A stretch of 51,075 nt of DNA from Patescibacteria group bacterium (GTDB lineage: Bacteria; Patescibacteriota; Minisyncoccia; UBA6257; UBA9933), in assembly GCA_038065035.1 (NCBI GenBank), contig JBBTRV010000002.1, forward strand, positions 1-51,075. The letters run 5' to 3'. The position numbers and the translations under genes are program-made. Shown here one piece after another: positions 37,949 through 46,789 of this stretch. Position 1 is the first letter of the stretch, and the number at the start of each line of letters is the position of its first letter. Below the pieces are notes generated by a model. It did not search any database and was not told the origin of the DNA. It saw nothing but the letters and a program-made list of their open reading frames with translations.

Positions 37949-39652
37949 TTATTCAACCGCTACTCTTAAAACTTCTTCAACCGTAATTAATCCTTTTTCT
38001 ATTTTATCCAATCCATCTTCTATCATCAATCGCATACCATCTCTTTGCGCTTGTTTTTTTATGGCATTAACAGGCGACTTGGCAATAATCAAATTCCGAA
38101 TTTCATCGGAAACATACATAATCTCAAAAATACCTACTTGGCCGCGATAACCGGAAAAACCGCAAGCTCCACAACCTTGTCCCTGATATATTACCGACGG
38201 TAACGTCAATTTTACACTAGTATTCTTAGTATATTCTTTAAAAATATTAACTATTTCCTTCGTTGGTTTCGTTGAATGAACGCAAGAATTGCATATTCTT
38301 CTCGCCAATCTCTGAGCAATAACAACATTTACCGTTGAAGCTATCAAAAACGTAGGCACTTTTAAATCAATGAGTCTTGGAACGGCAGTTGCCGCATCAT
38401 TAGTGTGAAGAGTGGAAAGTAAACGATGGCCAGTCAACGCGGCGTTTACGGCAATATCAGCAGTTTCTGAATCGCGAATTTCACCTATCATAATAATATC
38501 CGGATTTTGCCTTACCAACGACTTCAAGCCAGCGGCAAACGTCAATCCTGATTTGATATTAACCTGTGTTTGATTGACTCCAACGATATCATATTCTATT
38601 GGGTCTTCTATAGTGGTGATATTCACTTTTGGAGTATTCAAGATACCCAATACTGCATAAAGAGTAGTTGTTTTTCCGGCGCCGGTCGGACCGGTAACTA
38701 AAATCATTCCCCGCGGTTTTTGAATCGCAATTTCCAAATTAATTAAATTATCAGACGAAAATCCAAGTTCATAAAGAGTAAGCGGCCGTAAAGAACCTTT
38801 TAAAAGCCTCATTTCAGCCTTTTCTCCATGGAACGTCGGGATAATTGAAACCCGAATATCTATAAACTGATCTTCTATGGGAAAACGGAATCGGCCGTCT
38901 TGAGGAGAGTTATGGACATCTATCTGCAAATTAGTTATTACTTTAATCCGCGCGACTAGAATTGAAGCTATTATTGGCGGAAGACTCAAAATCTCATTAA
39001 GAATTCCGTCAATCCTATATCTGACGATTAATTTGTTTTCAAATGGCTCAAAATGAATATCTGACGCTCCCATTGTTACCGCATGTTCGATAATCGTATT
39101 AACAATGGTAATAATCGGCAAAGCTCCAACCATTTTTGAAATATTAACGGCTCCGACAATTCCAATTGATTCATTTATATTATTTTCAATAATCTTTCCG
39201 AATTCTTCGTTAATTTTTTTCTTATACTGCCTTAAGCCGTATTTCAAATCGCTTGGCGTTACCAAATAAACATCCAGCCAAACATTTAGCTTAAGCATTA
39301 AATAATTAATAGTCTGAAAATCCTCCGGATCAATCATTGCCAGCTTCCCCTCTTTCGCCTCTTTATTGAATTCAAAAAGAATAACCTGGCGGCTTTTAGC
39401 GTAAGACTCCGGAATTAATTCCAGAATTTCAGCCGAAATTTTAATTCCCGAAAGATTGACAACCGGCACTTCAAAAAATTTAGCAATGTTCTCAGTTAAA
39501 TATTTTTCATCAATAAAGCCCTTGCCTATCAAAATATCGAGAGGCATCCTATTGCTTCGCTCCGCTTCTTCTTGAGCCGCTAAAAAATCTTTTTCTTTCA
39601 CCAATCCTGAGTCAGCGATTATTTTTTTTATATCTTCTGTTAATAAATGCAT
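37949..39652 (-). CDS. pilB: GspE/PilB-family assembly ATPase (copy 1)
   Basis: SDIHFE, GPTGAGKTTT, RQNPDIIMIGEIRD, CNSC/CGAC; start set to ATG 39652. Confidence 0.93.
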   Translation of the reverse strand: MHLLTEDIKKIIADSGLVKEKDFLAAQEEAERSNRMPLDILIGKGFIDEKYLTENIAKFFEVPVVNLSGIKISAEILELIPESYAKSRQVILFEFNKEAKEGKLAMIDPEDFQTINYLMLKLNVWLDVYLVTPSDLKYGLRQYKKKINEEFGKIIENNINESIGIVGAVNISKMVGALPIITIVNTIIEHAVTMGASDIHFEPFENKLIVRYRIDGILNEILSLPPIIASILVARIKVITNLQIDVHNSPQDGRFRFPIEDQFIDIRVSIIPTFHGEKAEMRLLKGSLRPLTLYELGFSSDNLINLEIAIQKPRGMILVTGPTGAGKTTTLYAVLGILNTPKVNITTIEDPIEYDIVGVNQTQVNIKSGLTFAAGLKSLVRQNPDIIMIGEIRDSETADIAVNAALTGHRLLSTLHTNDAATAVPRLIDLKVPTFLIASTVNVVIAQRLARRICNSCVHSTKPTKEIVNIFKEYTKNTSVKLTLPSVIYQGQGCGACGFSGYRGQVGIFEIMYVSDEIRNLIIAKSPVNAIKKQAQRDGMRLMIEDGLDKIEKGLITVEEVLRVAVE

Positions 39653-39673
39653 ATTCGCTTCGCTCAAAATAAT

Positions 39674-39709
39674 AAATAATAAATAAAAAATATTTTTTAT
39701 TTATTATTT
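39674..39709. repeat. Perfect 36-bp AT-only palindrome
   Basis: AAATAATAAATAAAAAAT/ATTTTTTATTTATTATTT, with AAATAAT heptamer units. Confidence 0.8.
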
Positions 39710-42290
39710 ACACACAAAGTCCCCAACTGCAAGTCGGACATTTGGTGCAACCTTCCTGTTTTACCAAAATCGTATTGCAATTAGGGCAATTTTTCAACAA
39801 ATTTTTCGGCTCTAAATTGCCATTATCAACCGGAGATAAGCCAAGACTTCCCGAAGAAGCCGCAATATTCGCTCCGGCCTCGGAATAGACAGCTAATCCT
39901 TTGGCTTTCTCGTCTTTAATAAGAGAAATTCTCATATTTTCTTTAGGTTTTTTCTTTGTACTGCCGCCAACCAATACCTGAGATTGTAAGGACCTGTCCC
40001 GATAAATTGTCGCGCCCTTACATCCAAGCTCGTAAGCCATCAAATAAGCTTTTTTAATGTCATCAACAGTCGCTTCAGCTGGGAAATTATTTGTTTTAGA
40101 AATGGAAGAATCCGTCCATTTCTGGAAAGAAGCTAAAACTTTAATATGGTCGGCTGGAGAAATATCCATCGCAGTAACAAATATTTTTTTTATTTTTTCC
40201 GGAATATAAGGGATGCTTCTCACGCTGCCGTTTAAAACCGCAGTGTCTTTTATAAGATCCTCATCCATTAATCCTTCTTTTCTCATTTTTTCTTCAAAAA
40301 CAGGGTCAATATAATAAAAATTCCCGATTGCCACGCTCTTTTCAAAAACCAGGCTGAAAACCGGCTCAATACCCGAAGAACAACCGGCAATCATTGAAAT
40401 AGAGCCCGTTGGCGCGATTACAGTATTGAAAGCATTGCGAATGCCGAATTTCTTTATTTTCTTCGCAATTTCATTCCAATCAAAATGCCATGATTTTTTG
40501 TCTTTAAATCCGGCAAACGGCAATTTACCGTCTTTATAAAACGACTTGTCAAAATAAGGCATTCTGCCGCGCTCTTTTGATAATTCAACTGAAGCCGATT
40601 TAGAATGATAATTAATAAATTCCATCAGCTTCTCCATAAATTCCAGCCCTTGTTTTGAAGCATATGGAATTTCAAGTTCATAAAGCAAATCTCCTGTGCC
40701 CATTACTCCCAAACCGAGTTTTCTCGTATTTAAAGTCATCTCTTCAATTTCCGGCAAAGGATATTTATTTATATCAACAACATTGTCTAGAAATTTCGTG
40801 GCGATAATAACATCATTCTCCAGCTGCTTCCAGTCAAAATGCGGTTTTTTATCGCCATTTTTCCTAAGATAAGCCCAGATATTGATTGAGCCGAGATTAC
40901 AGCTCTCATTTGGGTATAATAAAACTTCACCGCATGGATTAGTGCATTCTATGGGTCCTAAAGTTTTTGCAAAAGGATTATATTCATTGATGCGGTCGTG
41001 AAAAAGAACTCCCGGCTCGGCTGATTCCCAAGCATGATGGGCGATCATTTCAAAAAGTTGTTTGGCGTCGATTTCTTTTACCGCTTTGCCGGTCCTTGAA
41101 TTTATTAATACATAGGGCTTATTTTCTTCTATTGCTTTCCAAAATTCCGGCTTTAACATAATAGAAATATTAAAATTACGCAGAGCTTTATTGCCTTCTT
41201 TGGCGGTAATAAATTGTTCAATATCGGGGTGGTTGGAATTCAAAATTCCCATATTCGCTCCCCGTCTTATGCCGCCTTGTTTTATAACGTCAGTCATATT
41301 ATCAAACATGCTCATAAAACTTATCGGACCAGAAGCAAGGCCGCCTGTAGTTTTCACAAAGTCACCGGCAAACCTAAGTTTTGAAAAATTATAGCCGACT
41401 CCTCCGCCTGATTTAAAAATAATCGCCGCGGCTTTAAGAGTATCCATAATGGAATCAATAGAATCCTCAATGCCCAGAACAAAACAAGCGCTTCCCATTC
41501 CCAAATAATTTCCGAAATTAGCAATAGCCGGCGTATTGGGCAAAAACCGACGATTAACCATTAAATTATAATAAGCGGATATTTCGTCTTCGTATTTATC
41601 GAAATATCCTTTTTTTAAAAGATTTAGAAATCCGTTCCAGGAAACCTTGATTTTTCTTTGCTTGGCAAAACGGTCATATATCCTTTTCATTCCTTCAAGA
41701 TGAAATTGATTAAGCTTATACCTGCCTACGGAAAATTTTTGAGCGAATTTCACCAAATCAAAATCTTCAATCGCGTGTTCAGGCGCCTTGCTATTTCTAA
41801 CGTAAATTTTTTTGTCGTAGAAAAGAGAAGGGATGACCGCGTGAACCGCCACCCTTTCAAAAAGTTCTTTTACCGACTCAATCACTTCGCCATTTTCATT
41901 TTTTTTTAAATACCTTGAAGCTAAAACTCTTAAAGCATTAGTATCAAATTTTTTATCAATCTCGTCTATTTCCTCTTTATTTAAAATTTGTTTTTTCTCA
42001 TTTCTTATTTCAGCCCGATGCTGTCGGTATAAAATATAAGCTTTCGCTATCCTAGCCTTTCCCGAATCTATTAAAACCGATTCCACTATATCTTGAACAT
42101 CTTCAACATTCGGCAATGATCTTTTTTTAAATTTTTTATTAAGGCGCTCGACAATTTCTTTAGTTAAAGAATTTGCCATTTGCCAATTTTGTTCGCCAAC
42201 GGCGACTGATGCTTTATAAATAGCGTTTACAATTTTATCAGCCCTAAATGGCACTATCTGATTATTACGTTTTTTAATAGATTTAAACAT
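39708..42290 (-). CDS. nrdJ: Adenosylcobalamin-dependent (class II) ribonucleotide reductase with ATP cone
   Basis: N-terminal ATP cone, SACFV, RRGANMG, TNPCGE, CNLGSIN, APTGSIS, C-terminal CPNC...CTKCPTC. Confidence 0.92.
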   Translation of the reverse strand: MFKSIKKRNNQIVPFRADKIVNAIYKASVAVGEQNWQMANSLTKEIVERLNKKFKKRSLPNVEDVQDIVESVLIDSGKARIAKAYILYRQHRAEIRNEKKQILNKEEIDEIDKKFDTNALRVLASRYLKKNENGEVIESVKELFERVAVHAVIPSLFYDKKIYVRNSKAPEHAIEDFDLVKFAQKFSVGRYKLNQFHLEGMKRIYDRFAKQRKIKVSWNGFLNLLKKGYFDKYEDEISAYYNLMVNRRFLPNTPAIANFGNYLGMGSACFVLGIEDSIDSIMDTLKAAAIIFKSGGGVGYNFSKLRFAGDFVKTTGGLASGPISFMSMFDNMTDVIKQGGIRRGANMGILNSNHPDIEQFITAKEGNKALRNFNISIMLKPEFWKAIEENKPYVLINSRTGKAVKEIDAKQLFEMIAHHAWESAEPGVLFHDRINEYNPFAKTLGPIECTNPCGEVLLYPNESCNLGSINIWAYLRKNGDKKPHFDWKQLENDVIIATKFLDNVVDINKYPLPEIEEMTLNTRKLGLGVMGTGDLLYELEIPYASKQGLEFMEKLMEFINYHSKSASVELSKERGRMPYFDKSFYKDGKLPFAGFKDKKSWHFDWNEIAKKIKKFGIRNAFNTVIAPTGSISMIAGCSSGIEPVFSLVFEKSVAIGNFYYIDPVFEEKMRKEGLMDEDLIKDTAVLNGSVRSIPYIPEKIKKIFVTAMDISPADHIKVLASFQKWTDSSISKTNNFPAEATVDDIKKAYLMAYELGCKGATIYRDRSLQSQVLVGGSTKKKPKENMRISLIKDEKAKGLAVYSEAGANIAASSGSLGLSPVDNGNLEPKNLLKNCPNCNTILVKQEGCTKCPTCSWGLCV

Positions 42291-42304
42291 AAAAAAATAA
42301 TACT

Positions 42305-42385
42305 AAACCACGAATGTATGCGAATGCCGCAAATTTTATTTAAGTCGATTTCTATTTTCGTGGAATTCGCATGTATTTGTAGTTT
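42305..42385. repeat. Inverted repeat with 9-10-nt CGAAT units
   Basis: AAACCACGAATGTATGCGAATGCCGCAAA ... TTTCGTGGAATTCGCATGTATTTGTAGTTT. Confidence 0.75.
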
Positions 42386-42395
42386 TGCATCGCGT

Positions 42396-43730
42396 TTATT
42401 TTCTTTTTTTTCTTAAAAATGTCGGGATATCCCAAATTTCTTCTTTTTGAATACCTGTTTCTTTTTGCTCGGCTGGTTGTTTATCAGCATTTTTCCCGGT
42501 TTTCGCAGATTTATCTTCATACGCGTTATCGGAAAAACGATTAATATCCGATAAAAAAAGATTAGGTGTGGCATTAATTTCCCTTTTAAAATCGCCATTA
42601 AAACTGGTTGCTATCAAAGTCACTTTCAATTCTCCCTTTTTCAATTTTCTATCATAATGCGCTCCAAATATTATCCTTGAAGAATGATGCGACTGTTCGG
42701 AAATCAGCCTCGCTATTTCATAAATCTCATTCATTTTCAAATCTTTATGCCCCGAAACACTAAAAATTATTCTTTTCGCCCCGTTAATCGAAGTTTCAAG
42801 CAATGGCGAATTAATCGCGGCATTAACCGCGGTAAGCGCCCTGTCTCCGCCAGAACTAACGCCTAATCCTATTATCGCCATACCGGCATTCTGAATAATA
42901 GATCTCACATCGGCAAAATCAATATTAATTATCCCGGGAGAAGCAATTAATTCAGCGATTGAGAAAACGGAATTTTTAAGAACTTCGTCTATGGCTTCAA
43001 AAGCTTTTATAAGCGATGTATTTTTGCTGATGACGGAAAAAATCCGATCATTGGGAATCATAATTAAAGTATCAACTCGGTCTTTTATGCGGCTCACTCC
43101 TTCGTCAGCGATTCTCATTCTTTCAAATCCTTCGAAAATAAACGGCTTAGTGATAACAGCCACTGTTAAAATTCCCATTTCTTTAGCCATTTCCGCTATA
43201 ACGGGCAAAGCGCCCGTACCGCTGCCGCCGCCGAAACCGGCTGTCAAAAAAAGCAAATCGGCGTCTTTTATCGCTTCGGATATTTCATTCCGGCTTTCTT
43301 CAGCCGCCAATTTTCCAAGCTCAGGATCCATCCCGGTACCCAATCCTTTGGTAATATTTTTTCCTATGCAAATTTTCTTCTTAGCAACGCAATAATTCAA
43401 ATCCTGAATATCGGTATTAATGGCGATGAGGTCAATACCCCTTAGAAAACCTTCACTCATCCTCGTTATTGCGTTGCAACCGGCGCCTCCGATACCAATT
43501 ACTTTTATCTTCGCCAAATTATATTCTTTCAACTTATGGCTTACTTTATTTTTTGCTTTTCGGCGGATAATTTTTGACGCGGTGCTTGATTTATTTCTAT
43601 AACGAACCGGTTTGATATTTTTTTTACTTCGCTTTACCGAAGCTCGTAAGAGCGAAGGCGAGAAACGGCGAATAGCCGCTTTAATTTTAATTTTGGATTT
43701 TAAATTATTTTTTTTTGCCTTTTCTTTCAT
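42396..43730 (-). CDS. ftsZ: Cell division protein FtsZ with basic N-terminal extension
   Basis: IKVIGIGGAG, GGGSGTG, NIDFADV, DIPTFLR. Confidence 0.96.
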   Translation of the reverse strand: MKEKAKKNNLKSKIKIKAAIRRFSPSLLRASVKRSKKNIKPVRYRNKSSTASKIIRRKAKNKVSHKLKEYNLAKIKVIGIGGAGCNAITRMSEGFLRGIDLIAINTDIQDLNYCVAKKKICIGKNITKGLGTGMDPELGKLAAEESRNEISEAIKDADLLFLTAGFGGGSGTGALPVIAEMAKEMGILTVAVITKPFIFEGFERMRIADEGVSRIKDRVDTLIMIPNDRIFSVISKNTSLIKAFEAIDEVLKNSVFSIAELIASPGIINIDFADVRSIIQNAGMAIIGLGVSSGGDRALTAVNAAINSPLLETSINGAKRIIFSVSGHKDLKMNEIYEIARLISEQSHHSSRIIFGAHYDRKLKKGELKVTLIATSFNGDFKREINATPNLFLSDINRFSDNAYEDKSAKTGKNADKQPAEQKETGIQKEEIWDIPTFLRKKRK

Positions 43731-43758
43731 TTTAAAAAATAAATCTTGCGCGATTTTT

Positions 43759-43834
43759 ATCCCGCTAGAAATAATATTCCTTCATCAATTTAAGGAATAT
43801 TTCCCTTAATAGAAACGAAAATTTCTAACGGGAT
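43759..43834. mobile_element. MITE-like element with 14-bp terminal inverted repeats
   Basis: ATCCCGCTAGAAAT / ATTTCTAACGGGAT (1 mismatch), inner hairpin AATATTCCTT/AAGGAATATT. Confidence 0.6.
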
Positions 43835-43877
43835 TTATAAAAACTCTCCTTTAGAAAATAAAATATCAACTCTATTA

Positions 43878-44279
43878 CTAGCCTCCGATAATCTCATTTA
43901 CTTTTTTAACAACATCGCTTAAATTATCCGTCTTATGAACATATCCGGCGGCTCCTATATTTTTCGCGAAATGTTCGTCAACTGAAGCTCCGGCAACATT
44001 TTCTCCGAGATTAGTTAAGAATACTATTTTGGGAATATTTTTTCCTAATCTATTTTTTAGCTGGTCAAAAAATTCAAAACCATCCATTCCCGGCATTGAA
44101 ATATCCAAAAGAATTAAAACAGGTTTTTCAAATTCAATTTCTTTTAAAGCCTCTAAGGGGTTTGAATAAGTTTTAATTTCAAATCCGGCATTGCCTAACG
44201 CTGTCCCGAAAATTTTTAAGAAAGAAACCTCATCGTCTATTATTAAAATTTTTGGCTTGGTATTCATATTGGTATTCAT
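43878..44279 (-). CDS. Single-domain response regulator
   Basis: IIDDE, LDISMPGMDG, FLTN, YVHK. Confidence 0.92.
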   Translation of the reverse strand: MNTNMNTKPKILIIDDEVSFLKIFGTALGNAGFEIKTYSNPLEALKEIEFEKPVLILLDISMPGMDGFEFFDQLKNRLGKNIPKIVFLTNLGENVAGASVDEHFAKNIGAAGYVHKTDNLSDVVKKVNEIIGG

Positions 44280-44336
44280 ATCTAGTATAAGAATTCTAAA
44301 TAAATTATTAAAAATATCATTTAGAATTCATTTTAT

Positions 44337-45014
44337 TTATTGATAATGATTATTTTCAGATAATAATTCCTTTAATTTATTTTCTATGATTTTTCTCAAA
44401 AATTCCACGTTTTCTTTACTAGTTAAATTACCGTCATTATAAGGCAAATTGATAATATTTGCAAAAATCGGCTGGCCAAAAAAAACCGAAATTTTATTAT
44501 AATGAAATAAAAAATTCATAATATTAAGATCAAAAGTGCCTGATAATGCAAGCGGAAGCACCGGAATGCCTGTTTTAAGGGCCAAATAAGCTATTCCTGA
44601 TTTAATTTCTCCCAATTCGCCGTTTTTTGACTTACCTCCTTCTACAAAAATTCCCACAACCTCGCCATTTTCCGCCAAAGAAACGGCATCCTTAAGTGAA
44701 TTTTCAATGCCTATATTATATTCAACCCTGAAAGTTCCATAAAATCTTAATATTTCCCTTAAAATCGGCTTATCAAAAATATTCGCTTTAGTCATGTATC
44801 TAATTGGAAAAAAATCAGAATTAAAAGGAAAAGCAGCTGCCGCAATAAAAGGATCGGCGTAATTCGCATGTATTGCCACCGCAACAATGAAAGGCTTTTT
44901 TAATTTTAAAAGATTTTCTTCTCCACGTACTTTAAATCGGCAAAAAAGTGTTAAAATCGGCCTGACAATCAACCATGTAAAATTCCAAATAAATTTTCTA
45001 ACCATTGTCTCCAT
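44337..45014 (-). CDS. Lysophospholipid (PlsC-like) acyltransferase
   Basis: HANYAD (HX4D), IFVEGGKS, GIAYLA, PVLP. Confidence 0.88.
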   Translation of the reverse strand: METMVRKFIWNFTWLIVRPILTLFCRFKVRGEENLLKLKKPFIVAVAIHANYADPFIAAAAFPFNSDFFPIRYMTKANIFDKPILREILRFYGTFRVEYNIGIENSLKDAVSLAENGEVVGIFVEGGKSKNGELGEIKSGIAYLALKTGIPVLPLALSGTFDLNIMNFLFHYNKISVFFGQPIFANIINLPYNDGNLTSKENVEFLRKIIENKLKELLSENNHYQ

Positions 45015-45037
45015 TCTTACTCATTATTTCTTATATG

Positions 45038-46294
45038 TTATGGCATAAAATATTTCAATACCTTTTTAAACGAAAGATTTTCTTTAATTAGCCAGCCGCT
45101 TTCCTTTGCGCATTGATCCATACCGCAATAAAGTAAACCCGTTACAGTGGCAAATTCCGGCTCATTAATATAATTTTCGAAATCACGGTGATAAATTTCC
45201 AATTCTTTTGTTTCCGGCAAACCGATATCCGAAGAAATTTTCAATTCTTTTTTCGCCAAATCAATAATGCCGGGAATTTTGGCGCCGCCGCCGCAAAGTA
45301 TCGCTCCAGCCGGCAATTGTCCATGTTTGCCAATGATTTTCAATTCTCTATTGATAAATTCAAATATTTCTTCTAATCTGCTTTCTATTATTTCCGCGAC
45401 AAAATATGCTGAAATGCTTGATTTAAAATTTTTATCAAGAGCGTTCGCTTCAAAGCCACTCTTTTCTAAAATTTCTTGAAGAGTTATTTTCCCTTTCGCT
45501 GGCACCTCGGAAGAAATCGCTCTTCCAAAAAAAATTTTAACTATCTCGGCCAAAGCAACAGAACATTTTAAACCAACAGCCAAATCATTGGTAATATTTG
45601 AAGACCCAATCGGGAAACTCATTGCATAAACAAGCTTTCCTTCTTCATATACGCTCATCGAAGTTGTACCAGCGCCAATATCAATCAGCACAACCCCTAA
45701 ATCTTTATTGCTTTTAGTCAAAATCGAACGGCTGGCGGCTAGTGGATTATACACTAAACCGCCCACGCCGCCGCCCAAAGATTCAATTGAATTCAAAATA
45801 TTCTTAACATTTAAAGAAAATACATCAATTACCAAACTGTTGACTTCCAATCTGGTTCCCGACATTCCTAACGGTTCTCTTACGTCATTAATTCCGTCAA
45901 TAATGTATTCTCTTGTAATATTATGGATTATCATCCTGTTGGGCAAAAGCTTTATGGCCTGAGATGCCTTAACGACTCTGTCAATATCATCTTGGGAAAT
46001 TTCATTATCCGCCCGCGAAACAGCGATTATACCGCGGGAATTCTGGCATTTTATATTAGCTCCGCCAACATTGACAAAAATATTTTTAATAGCTGCCTTA
46101 TCTTTAGCTTTAATTTTTTCGAAAATCTTTCCCATGGGGACTAAAATCTCGTTTACATCAACAATTTCCCCCTTGCGGACGCCACTAGAATACTCCTCTA
46201 AAACGTCTATTAAAAACGGTTTTCTATTTTTATCTATTTCTGCCAGAAAGGCTTTTATTTTATATGAACCAATATCTAAAGCAGTGATAAACAT
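45038..46294 (-). CDS. ftsA: Cell division protein FtsA
   Basis: LDIGSYKI, GVRKG, PLGMSGTRLE, DIGAGTT, ITNDLA. Confidence 0.95.
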   Translation of the reverse strand: MFITALDIGSYKIKAFLAEIDKNRKPFLIDVLEEYSSGVRKGEIVDVNEILVPMGKIFEKIKAKDKAAIKNIFVNVGGANIKCQNSRGIIAVSRADNEISQDDIDRVVKASQAIKLLPNRMIIHNITREYIIDGINDVREPLGMSGTRLEVNSLVIDVFSLNVKNILNSIESLGGGVGGLVYNPLAASRSILTKSNKDLGVVLIDIGAGTTSMSVYEEGKLVYAMSFPIGSSNITNDLAVGLKCSVALAEIVKIFFGRAISSEVPAKGKITLQEILEKSGFEANALDKNFKSSISAYFVAEIIESRLEEIFEFINRELKIIGKHGQLPAGAILCGGGAKIPGIIDLAKKELKISSDIGLPETKELEIYHRDFENYINEPEFATVTGLLYCGMDQCAKESGWLIKENLSFKKVLKYFMP

Positions 46295-46300
46295 AAATTG

Positions 46301-46789
46301 CTAAATTGCTGATTTAAAAATTGAATGATTAATTTTTAGTTTCCCGATTAGTATTTTTTCAATTTTTTCCATTTTAATTCTATCACTTTTCTTTTTATGG
46401 TCATAGCCAAAAAGATGTAATAAACCATGAACTAATAACTGATAACTAACAACTGATAATCCGCGACTGCTGTTTGTTGTTAATTGCAAGTCATTTGTCA
46501 AATTAATGTATATTTCTCCTATTGGTTTTATTTTCTTTGTTTTGCCGCGGCTAATTAACTCCGGATGAGGAAATTCTTCAGATTCATTAAAACTCAAAAC
46601 ATCTGCTGCTTTATTTTTATTCCTAAATTTCTTGTTTAAAAATTTCATTATTTTATCTCCAGCCAAATAAATTTCCAAATAAATATTATTTTTACCAAAA
46701 GCTTCCAATAATGCCTTCGCGGCTGAAAAAACCGGATTCTCTAATTTTTTGAATTCCCCTCCCAAGGAAAAAACGGTAATTTTATTCAT
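46301..46789 (-). CDS. ybeY: rRNA maturation RNase YbeY
   Basis: LNKKFR, DVLSF, GEIYI, HGLLHLFGYDH. Confidence 0.93.
   Translation of the reverse strand: MNKITVFSLGGEFKKLENPVFSAAKALLEAFGKNNIYLEIYLAGDKIMKFLNKKFRNKNKAADVLSFNESEEFPHPELISRGKTKKIKPIGEIYINLTNDLQLTTNSSRGLSVVSYQLLVHGLLHLFGYDHKKKSDRIKMEKIEKILIGKLKINHSIFKSAI

Noticed and set aside
39708-42290. Intein or intron in nrdJ
   Set aside because: No C/S...HN splice motifs or endonuclease signature; ORF is continuous
44291-44329. GAATTCTAAAT/ATTTAGAATTC inverted repeat upstream of the receiver gene
   Set aside because: Real 11-bp IR but AT-rich and single; cannot distinguish an operator from chance
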